A DNA stretch of 61,352 nt, counting the filler, from Platydemus manokwari (taxonomy: Eukaryota): the NCBI GenBank assembly GCA_037951405.1. It is 6 parts of 6 records of this genome, joined end to end, with 100 filler letters (N's around TTAATTAATTAA, not from the genome) between each part and the next. Parts side by side here need not be neighbours in the genome. Positions count along the whole stretch, not along the records: positions 21,714 to 31,874 come from JBBMOY011162435.1; positions 31,975 to 42,159 come from JBBMOY011160104.1; 4 more parts are not named here. One strand, given 5' to 3'. The notes beneath the pieces were generated by a model that saw nothing but the letters and a program-made list of their open reading frames with translations, was not told where the DNA came from and searched no databases. The translations under genes and the position numbers were made by a program. Each line of letters begins with the position of its first letter. Position 1 is the stretch's first letter. Of the stretch, positions 28,901-39,790 are shown piece by piece.

Positions 28901-31046
28901 ATTTACACATAGAATTCCGAATATTAAGTAACAAAATTAATTATTTAATTATATAATTCAATTCATTTATCTTAGACCACTGTTTGACAAGCTTGTTATA
29001 TTTGCAAATTTCTTTCCTTAAATTGTTTAAAGTTTTAAATAATAGGAGCATTTTATAATTTTCATAATTTAAACTGAAATAATAATTAAAAACAAATATG
29101 CTTCTTTTAAAAATAAAGATATTTAATTATTATTTAATTTTCCAGTGATCTATGTTCAGAGAAAGATGATATTATTGATGTGATTTGTGCCAATTCTTTG
29201 TATTAAAACAAAATATACAATTCACTGTAATGATTCAATTAGCTATTGTTTCACATCACAGTCTCAGCTCAGATTTCATCATCTGCAAATTCTGTTCTAG
29301 ACTTTTCTTTATACCCAAGTACCTCACTATTGATGTTTTCTAAAATTAATCATCGGGATATTCCTTGTAATAAAATAGTTCTTCATTTTATCTAGGAAAT
29401 CATTCGGTAGATTATTCATAATTTCTACATCAAAATATGCCAATTTTGTTGTCACAAACATTTGCACAATTTCTCATACACTATATTAATTCAGTAAAAT
29501 GCAATTATTTGAGTTCAGTCATGCTAAATATAAACGTTATATGTAAGAGGGATCATTTTAGTAACGCTGTTTCGATTTCCCTCTCTAAGCTTCCATGATT
29601 CTTCAAATTCTTTACAGTTACATTCAGGGTATTATATCGCATCGATTTTAGGACTGAAGGCTTTGTTTGAAGAGCTTGATTCTCCAAAGACTGGGCTATC
29701 ATGCATTCTTTATTTTACAATCGCAAAATTCCTTGTCAACAGTAGCTATTCCTCAAAAATTTATAAAATATTGCAACGTTGAGCTAAAATGAACGTCATT
29801 GAAAGATGAACGCCATGTTGATGGGTTTCGTCCGCTTGACTCATTTTTAAACAGCTTGAGTCTTGAAATTAGCTTTTGAGACAATCATTCTTCACTATGT
29901 GATTTTTACAGGTAAATCTCTTAATAACAACAGGGGCATAAATTTCGAGAGTTTGTGTAACAATCTTGCTTGGTGAATGCATATCATATTTTCCGAAAAC
30001 CAAATTCTTGTCTTCACCTGCCTGTTCTCCTTATTTAGTCAGAACAGGACTTCCTATACTTTAATAACAAGAGTTAGCGCTTTGAAAGTATGAATTATTG
30101 TATATGCGGTTGTCGGAACAGTGAGTGATCGACTGTGTGATCTATTCATATTGAACTAGTATATTGGAGTGTAAGAATACCTAGCATTTCGTAGGAGAAA
30201 AATAATTTTACATCAAAATATAGATAACCGTCGTTCAAATAGTGTCTTAAATACGCTGTTATGCATGAGAATTTTACAAATAAGGTCTTCTACTCACTTT
30301 CAAGCACCTGCACTTTGTCGAATTAAATTTAAATCATAATTAACATGAAGACTAATGATTTAAAAACTCGATTTGAAAAGAATGAAATACTGAGAATTCA
30401 TCAATGTTAAATGAACTGACCTATCACGACTTGTCCTTTCATTGAGATGATTCTTTCTATTTCAGAAACGCTTAACCACGGATTTGGACTTTCATGTTGT
30501 CGATTATTTGATAATTCAGACTTGTAGCAAAGTCTGTCTTGATTTAATGAATTCATTGATGGAGTCGAGAACACCTAGAATCTGATAACAATCGTGATAA
30601 TTTTAATTTAAATATCACCATAGGATTAAAGATATTTCTTTGAGAATGGTTTCGATCTAAATTCAATCTGCAGGGATTAGTGGTTTTCTGCATTAACGTT
30701 ACTGAAGGAGATGCTGGAGCTGATAAAATTGAATTAACTTCAGAATTGGTATCAGTCCTGCTGGCTGAATGAAATAATTTATACTTTTTCATAATGTCTG
30801 ATGAACTATTAGTATTGCAATAAAATTGATAATGCTGACTAGAATATTTGTGATTTCTCCAATCTCTGATATCGTTTTTGATGCCTGATATTAGCAAATG
30901 AATTTAATAATGATAATATATAAAATCATTATATTACTGAGTATATCAGATACTATGGACACCCATACATCAAACAAAACATCAGAACAATCTTTAGCAT
31001 GTTTACTGACCGAGACTTCGGTGAAGATTTGGATTGTAAGATTAAT
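25916..31046 (-). CDS. CTNNAL1: Alpha-catulin-like (vinculin/alpha-catenin family), last six exons; 5' part absent
   Basis: Phase-consistent exons 31046-30938, 30884-30619, 30574-30421, 28550-28414, 27654-27472 and 26155-25916. Motifs: SKHAKDCSDVLFDVW (catulin SKIAKENLDVFCEAW), DLASQITMFSHNEGPLKTSIDL (YLFTRGEGPLKTSQDL), LSELDKF..MLFIKIDK (LEINKL..VFLKVDK). Confidence 0.85.
28600..30250 (-). mobile_element. Highly decayed Gypsy-like pol remnant inside a catulin intron
   Basis: Ordered minus-strand remnants: AYFDV (YxDD region, about 29430), VRYLG (about 29320), F.L..L.NAPI (about 29050), YL..EFYV (about 28910). Boundaries approximate. Confidence 0.45.
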
Positions 31047-31874
31047 CTGTAATGAGTTTAAAATCAATTATTTATAGATAGGAAATTCAATCCTTTGTAA
31101 AATTATATTTATAAAATCTAAAAATTTATGTTTGTTAATAAATGCTTAATCTCAATTGTAAAAAATAAAAGTTATTATTATTATTATTTAGGTTTATATC
31201 AATCCAGTCTTACTCCTTTAGTGTTAAAATTTTTTATCTTAAACAACAGTATTTCGTTTTATTCAATGGTTATATATTAATTGACTGACTAATAATTCTC
31301 TGTTATTTATATAAAACATAAATTGAGGACGAGACTTTCTAATAGATTTTTTTACAAAAAATTAAAGTATAATAATTATTAAAATTGCTTTAAAATTATA
31401 TTTTAAATTATTTTTTTAATTAAAATTACTGATATTATTCTTATTAAACAATTTTATTAAACCATTTTATTTTCAATAAGAAGTCCAGAGTTCTATAAAT
31501 TCGGGCCTACAAGATAATAATTACTGACAAGAATGGAATCAACCTTATATTTCATCACAAGCCTACTCGTATCCGTAAAAATTTAAATTTCAAAGGAAAA
31601 GTTTTAAATTTTATTTTAAAGAAATAAAAAAGAAAAAAATCTAAAAAAATAATGAAAAATAACGATATGAAGTTTAAAATTTAATTTTACAAGCTTTCCC
31701 ATAGACCAACAAATAGTGGGGTTTTGTTTTTTATTTAATTACCTTTCCACTTGAAATTAACTTTGATTGTAAAATTGAAGAAAAGCTTTATCTCAAGATT
31801 AAACTAATATTTAAATTTCTTTGATTAAATTTAAAAATAAAGGATTAAAAAATTAAATTATTTGTCAAGTAAAA

Positions 31875-31974
31875 NNNNNNNNNNNNNNNNNNNNNNNNNN
31901 NNNNNNNNNNNNNNNNNNTTAATTAATTAANNNNNNNNNNNNNNNNNNNNNNNNNNNNNNNNNNNNNNNNNNNN
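31875..31974. other. Artificial assembly spacer
   Basis: N44-TTAATTAATTAA-N44. Confidence 0.97.
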
Positions 31975-33101
31975 TTAAGATCTACGTTTTAGTGAGCTAA
32001 TTAAATCCTATACAAAATAACCAAAATATTCACATAAAATATTTATAATCGATAAGTGTATTTAAATGGAAACGTCTCACTGGCAATCAAATAATCGAAA
32101 ACTACTAGTAATGCTTGTTTACTTAATTCCTTACTAAACAAGAAAGCTAAATAATGAATTAATCAGATTTATAGCTATAGATAAGTATTCAAAAGATAAA
32201 TGATAAGAAATATCAAATAAAAATTATCTTTTAAGATTTTAAGGGTAAAACGTTTTAATAAATAAATAAAAAAGAATTATACACATGATCAATTGTTTTT
32301 CTGTTGGCCTTATTCGAACATTTTATCAGTGCATTCATTGTACTGATTTTTTTAAGTCTAGCAACCAATTTACGTTACGCTCGATCTAGCACGATAGTTT
32401 CAGATATATTGTGCACATATTGAGAGAATGCAGTGTATTATCAAAGTTATTGGAATTGCTCATTACAAACACATTAAATAAATGTCATTGATTCTGAATG
32501 ATTTATAATTAATTGGTATAATTATGTGCTCACACATAACCTATCAGTGTCTTGTTTAAGCTTTGAAATTTGTTCGCGAATATCTGCGCTAGCCTTAATT
32601 CATTTATCTGGTCTCCTTATAAGTATTGATTGAATTGTGTCCATTGTAAATTCGAGATCTGTGGTTGTACCATTGTGTTGGTATGTGAGTGCATTCGTGT
32701 GCCGCATTCTCAGTAGCATTGTGCGCGTGTTATAGAGGTGGCCAATTTTATAATAGACAATCAATGAATCAGCCAAGATAGATTAAGCATAAATTTATTC
32801 TATTAATATTGAGCAACTAGCTTCACAAGGAACAATAATCAATAGCGCTATCACAAAAATACAATTCAATTCAGAAGCATAATAATAACACATAGAGATA
32901 TCAACGTTATACAATATACAAATCACGAAATGCACGCTGCCAAAGTGGGTTTGTTATTCGATGGCATAGTACCGTAAGGAATAAACAAAATAGAATAATT
33001 GAATATAGCTATCACGAAAATTTATAAAGTGCATCACAGGGTATCAAACGGAATCTGCAGATGCAGTATTTGTTGGTGGGCATATAAAATGTCATCAATG
33101 A

Positions 33102-36100
33102 TTATGTCATTTGTGCTCTGTTACGAGGATTTGCTCCATACTTTCCAATGATTGAGCCATCTTCATTGAAGTTGGCTAGAAAATATTGATATTAAGATTT
33201 CTTACAATGAGTCATAAATATCATATAAATCAATATTTTTAGAACATTGCATACAAATTAAATCCATTTTAATCTCAAACAGCGTGTGTTCCACTTACTC
33301 AATTATTAGCCGATTTTCTATAAATATAAACTGCTGCGAGAATGGGTATTGATTGATCCGTTGGTAGATTATTAAATAGTTGGAACAGTTCATATTGGAT
33401 TTCTTTTAGCCAAATAATTAATTTCAAAGTGTGTGTAACCCACATGAACAATGATTATTATAATATTCACGATCTGTGAATCATCAATCAGCGGTGTACT
33501 GATTTCAGTTTATTGGAATTAGTTAGGTTAATGTTCAATATTATTATTATTTTTAATTTTATCAACGTTAATATAATTGTTTATATTATTGATATTAACA
33601 TCATTATCATTATTAATTACAAAAAATAATAATTCTATTATTTTATTGTTCCTAATTTTTGTTGAAAATAAATATTTTGTTATCATTAATTCAAAATATG
33701 ATCGAAATGTGATCAATTTAATGAATCAATATAGACGATTGAATAAAATTACTTACAAAAATGAATTCTGCTTCATAATAGGTAATAATATATTTTATTT
33801 AATAATAACGGAAAACTAACATGGATCCAAATCGTAGTTGTCCAATTCGCCATCATCTGCACTACCAACACTGTGACCAGTTATCGACAAATTTCTTTCA
33901 GCCGTGCTGGCTGATAAAACGTCTGGATCATGATCTCTAAATGACAAATATCAAGTGATTTTATAAAGAATATAAAATCTATTCACTCTCTCTCATATGG
34001 CTTAAACATTTCCTCCTGAACTTCTTTCTCTGGGTCATAGCCATGCTCACGTTCAATTTTACCCACTAAATGATCATTTATAATAACCAATCAACAATCA
34101 AAAATTGATCATCAAACAAACATTGATAGGTTTCGCCTTTGTTTGCCATACAGTATCGGGTGAGGAGCACGATTAAGATAATGAGTATGAGCAATGCCAA
34201 TATAACAGCAATAATCCAATATATATATGCCGTGTCTACAAACTAAGTCAGATGTTTATCAAGGTATTTATAAAGTCACTTATTGGTTGATAATCCATTG
34301 TTATTTTTGCTTTCAACATGCTTCCCAATGTTACATCATTATTTGATGAATAAGCGAATTTACTTAGCGGAGATGATAATTCTAGATTACAAACGATATA
34401 ATTGGATTTGAGAGCATCTTTGACAAAGTTATCTCGTTTTGTATCATTAGAAACTATTGGACCTAGAGTCAAAGTTTTCTGAAATACAATACGATTAAGA
34501 CGTATTTGTGAAAAAGGAAGTACATAAATGTTATATAGTGGACATTACCGTGATTGGATCGATTTTACAATAGGGTGCGAAATCATTCAAATTTTGTTGT
34601 TCCAATCGATGACTATTAATAGACCAGAACTGATCCACAATTAATTCCTTGTTATTGTAAACACTGATATCGATTTCGCACTTGAATTCATGACTAGCTG
34701 CGCTGCTACATGCACTGGTGCAATTGTTTAATTCTGGTGCCACTTTAATAAGGGGTTTAACTCTGGGAACCGTATAAATCGATGTGCTTTTCACACTTAA
34801 ACCGAAATCATTTTGAGCAAAAAACATGATACTGTGATCCTGATAGACTTGTTGACCTAATGTTTTTTGCAAATTGTAAACATTATATGTTATTGTGACA
34901 TTGGATGGGAGAACATCATTGACGGAAAATGTAAAATTTAGCAAGCTTAAATAAGGATAAGATTTTTGCAATTCGGTTTGAGATGCTGATAATTGTTGCT
35001 TTGGGGGAATTTCCAGATGATTTATGAATAATTTCTGAAATTAACATATATATATATAATTTAGTGATCAATCTGAATATATGATACCAGATATTGTCGA
35101 GACACAAATAAATGAAAATAAACTCAAATAATGACAGGTATTTATTATTTATTAATGGTAATACTATAATCAGCATTATTGATTATAAAACTTTAGAATT
35201 GATCAACAGAAAAATTGTCCATAAATTCCGAGGTTGAATAAATAATCTTATCGAAGCAGTTGCTAAGGTAACAAGCATTTAATATGAAATATTTATTAGA
35301 ATGATAATCCATTTGATTTATCTTTTTTAATTAATAAGAATTCATTTATTTAATATCATATGGCTTTGTCTCACCAATTCTTTCGGCACATCCCTGTATG
35401 TGCAACTGAAAAACGAATTGTCATGCTCCCATACGTGTTGCAACAGAGGTAAACATTCTTTGTGAACGAGAGTCGGCGGCCCCAATACCTCAACATTGAT
35501 TGTGAACGTGAGCTTTTCTGGACCATCAGTCACTTCAAGTGTATAGACCCCAGCCATGTCTGACGTAATGTCAGATTGGAATTTCACTCTATATCTATCG
35601 CGTTTTCTAATATCTCCATCATTGATTTCCACCCCATTTTGACGCCAAATCCCTGTAGCGGTTGATGATGCTTGATACATGGCATAAATTGACACAATTG
35701 GAACTCGATTGGTGCTGTGCTTCTGAAAGAGAAGGTTGAAATAAAAATGCATGAATTATAACGATTAATTAGTATCAACCTTTCTCGCATAGATTTTCAT
35801 ATTCTGTATCAAAGGTGAAATTGCTACTAGGGGTAGCTTAAATGGGGACATTCTTCCATCAAATACTACACCTTCTTTGATCATATCGCCTTCATACGAT
35901 GATATATAAGTATTAATAGGGCTGATACCCAGTTGAGACTTAGTGTAGCACATAAGGCTATATGTCAATGATGGAGCTGTACTTTGAGGTTGAATTTCAA
36001 ATATTAAGAGTTTTCCAAATTCGTTGATATACCAGTCCCACTCTGACATCTTAAACAACTCCTTAGGCTCCAAAATAGGGTCACCCGTCCATCTCATAGC

Positions 36101-36534
36101 TGTATATTTTTTGCAATGTGTGAAAGACACACGATCAATTGACGGCAAGCTATCGAAATTCGGTTTCACAGCACAAACAATCCAGGAAACTGGACTCAGG
36201 AAATCTTGGGGAATCCACTTGGGACGAATAGGATTGAGCGATAATTCACCTTCTACACATGAGAAAGAGATGGGTGTCGAATTGCGTAGCACAGGAGTCA
36301 TGTGTGGGGTTTTTAAATTATTCGCATTCAATACAAGATCTATTTTTGGTGAATTTAAGATAGAGTTCTTCATTTGACTTCATCACTTACTTTCTTCCCA
36401 ATAAATCCAATCACGTATCTGAATATTGTTCGAACGAATCATAAAATTTCCACGATTATCACGAGCTTCACAATAATATTCTCCAGAAATATCTTTTGCA
36501 GTTCCAGAGATCGATTTTATTGTCAACTTCAATC
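33102..36534 (-). CDS. L1CAM/neuroglian-like Ig-superfamily single-pass receptor (about 706 aa visible; 5' exons not found)
   Basis: Nine phase-consistent GT-AG exons: 36534-36391, 36339-35780, 35722-35375, 35034-34549, 34478-34280, 34235-34122, 34065-33987, 33936-33821, 33175-33102. Ig motifs DISGEYYCEA and DMAGVYTLEV; TM YWIIAVILALLILIILIVLL. L1-type tail NKGETYQLGKIEREHGYDPEKEVQEEMFKPYER..SADDGELDNYDLDPSNFNEDGSIIGKY. Confidence 0.9.
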
Positions 36535-37147
36535 CTTTTACAAAAATCAATAATTATTATTAATAATGGGTAGTCAAATAATTATAGTGAACAAAATTGA
36601 ATAATAATAATAATTATTATTAATGATAATAATATTAATTAGTATCTAAAACGATTAATAATTCATCCACTAATAATTATTAGCAAAATATAGAATCATG
36701 AGAGTTAAACATTAAAGAACAATTTTTTATCTAAATTTGATGGAAATTCTTCGTTTATTTTATTTCCTCTCATTAATAAAAATGATACAGATTCTTTTGA
36801 ATCCATTTTATCGAAAATTTCCGATTGTTAAGAAAAATATTGACAAATAAATTTTCAATCTACACTTAATCTCTCAACTCACGAGAAACTACAATTATTG
36901 CTTATCCATTTATGACAAATAAAAAAAAATGATAAGACACTGTGAATATTCCATCCCACTGAGATAAGAATGAAAGTAATTGTTATTTCTAAATTATTTT
37001 GCAAATCAAATACTTGCTATTGTTATGTCATGATGAAATGATTAAGATGAATTGAATTACACTTTATAATAAACTATTCTCCATGTTGACTTAAATGAAT
37101 GAAAATTTGACGATTAAAACAAAATTTGGACAGTCTTATTAAACTAT

Positions 37148-37840
37148 TTAATTATCAATGATCACGGATCCATGTGGAACCTGTGATTGTATTTCGGTTT
37201 ATGAGTTTTTAAGATTGAAATAAAAGATCGATTAAACCTTTGATGAAAAACCATCAGAGAAATTCCTTACTGACAACTTTTAAGGAAAAATTTTATTTAA
37301 CAATGATATTAAAGAATATTATCAAATAGAGTTTGAAAAGATTCTACAACTGAGATGGTTACGCCACACAATACTTTTTACTGTTTTATCTATCTGGTCA
37401 AGTTCAATAGGTGTTTTAATATTTAAAAATATTAACTTTTTATGTTTTATTTCTTTATTCGTTGATATAAATTACCATTTTGATCAGTAAACTCATTGGA
37501 TAATTATTATCGGAAAATTCTGATGTTTATGTTATCATAATTTTAAAAAATCGTATGCTAAATATAATTATTAGAAATCATAATAGTTATAAGGTATTCC
37601 TATTTAAAATGTTGAAAACCACAACAAGAAACTCGCGACTGACATAAAGTATATAATAGAACATGAAATTCACCAATCAATACTTCTACTTCACAGCCAC
37701 TTTATTCAATTTAATTATCATCGATCACTGATCCGCGGTACCGTTGATTGTATTTTAGTATAATATGATTTTATTTTTCAATTAAATTATGAGCTTTTAA
37801 GACTGAAATAAAAGATCATAGAAGCCACTGATAAAAAACC
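37148..37840. repeat. Imperfect direct repeat pair (about 105-130 bp) at 37148-37252 and 37711-37840
   Basis: Shared TTAATTATCA..GATCAC.GATCC..TGATTGTATTT..TATGAG.TTTTAAGA.TGAAATAAAAGATC..AAAAACC. Confidence 0.6.
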
Positions 37841-39159
37841 TTGAATTTTTGGAAAGAATATGATCGACACCAAATAAATATAATTCGACTACTTGGTTTC
37901 ATCAAGTATCATAATCAATACATATTAAATTCAAATAATTGTGAGAAATACATTTGCTCGGTTTTTTAATAATAAAAAGATCATTTTTCGGTTGGATTGA
38001 TTTAGAATAACATAACAAGCTCGCCTAATAAGAAATTATATCGATTATTTTTTGTGCCAAGAATTTATAATTATGATATTAAGCCGATGATAAGAAATTC
38101 ATTTATCATTACGTAGTAAATATCCATTCTTTTTGTATTGCTCATGCGCAAATAAAACGATCTGATAGTGAAATGATATGTTTTCTGAATAATCTGATGG
38201 CTTAGTTTAGAATATACAGTTGGTTTAGTTACTGTTCAGGGGTAACTTTCCTTTAAAAGTCTATCATTTAAATATAAACTGAATTATTACTACTATCATC
38301 TGGAGATGGTAATTGTCTCGATTAACTTGCTATGAATTTGTTTTAAATAAATATATAAATTATAATTAAATTATAATTTTAATGCAACATTTCTCTTTCT
38401 GAAATCATATCAGCAAAGATATTTCAAAATGGATATCTAATGTGGTATAAAATAAAAAAAAATCGTCATTCTGTGCTGATAAACGATTTCATTTAGTTGT
38501 AATATCGATTAAAAGAAAAGCTGAATAAATGATCAATGGTCTTGATAATGCATTGTTATACGAGTATCTAATTTCAAGTTCCCCAATGAATTTATGGAAT
38601 AAATTTCCAGTTTAAATCAAATCTCATTAAAATTGATTGAGACATGAGACAAATATTGGCATTTTTGAATGATATAATAATGGAACACAATCAGAAAACT
38701 ATTCATTAGATTTACAGAAAGAAATTCATCGATGTCACTTGTGAGTTTTTTAGAAATTTCTTTTTATGGGGCACTGGCGGTTTGAATCGTTCCATTTCTA
38801 CGAATTGATTATTTTGATATTACCACAAAGAATAGTTTACAAGTCGGTAATTTAAAATAATTAATTAAGTAATTAAAATTTACTTTTTAAAATTAATTAA
38901 CACATTTATTTAATATTAATCCCACCTTAATCAGTGTTTAATATAGTCATAATAACTTTATTTCGGATAACCAAATGAAAACTATAACACAATGAGAAAT
39001 CATTCTCAGTTTAAGGATTTAATAAAATAAATTTATAAATAAATTTTATTTTGAAAGTAATGGAAATCGGTGGAACAGTAAAATTTTAATTTAAATTCAA
39101 TAATTTTGCATTTTCCGAAAATTATTTTAAAACCCATGAAAATAATGTTAGAGACGAAT

Positions 39160-39790
39160 TATGGTGTTGGTCAAGGAATTTTTTAACAATACAGATTACA
39201 GAGTCTTTGTAGAGAAAGAATGCCAAGACACGGAATCCAAATCCATTGATCTTCAACTAATAAATTATCGAAAACCCACGATCCTCCTAACCGATGTAAA
39301 ATGGGCATTGAGGAAAACCTGCATTGATGACCGAAACAGCTCAAAAGCGTATTGAAGAATACTCAGACTTCCAAAATGCGATCAAAGAAAGAAGCCTGAC
39401 TAGACTGTTCACTTTTGTTGTAGGGGTTCTCTGGACTTGGCAAACACAGACCAGCGACATTGCCATAAAGAAACTAGGGATGGATAAGAAAGCGATAAAC
39501 AAAATAGGTCTTGCTTGCATAAAGTCTAATATAATTGCAAAATATCTGCTAGGGATGAGCAACAAATACAGCTTTAAAAATATGGGAAGACAATATCTCA
39601 GACAACAACGACTAGAAGTCCGAAGACAGAATTGATTGAAGCGTTGAAATGATTGTATGATTGAGCTAGCCAACTGTGATTTATAGATCGATCGAAGGAA
39701 AGAACCATGTACATCCCACATTTTAATGTATGGCTTTCTCTATTATCAATGTTTATGAATAAATATTTGTATGTGATACTTAAATAAATA
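39160..39790 (+). mobile_element. 5'-truncated RLE-type (R2/NeSL-like) non-LTR retrotransposon, antisense to and upstream of the L1-like exons
   Basis: Overlapping ORFs give IDLQL..ILLTDVK (PD-D-K region) and AQKRIEEY..FVVGVLWTW..SDIAIKKLG, the RLE C-terminal pattern. Followed by a short 3' region with AATAAA and a TAAA tail. Confidence 0.7.

Noticed and set aside
24895-36377. Antisense or alternate-frame ORFs 24895-25143, 25926-26168, 35584-35790, 36024-36377
   Set aside because: They are shadows of the real SARNP, catulin and L1-like exons.
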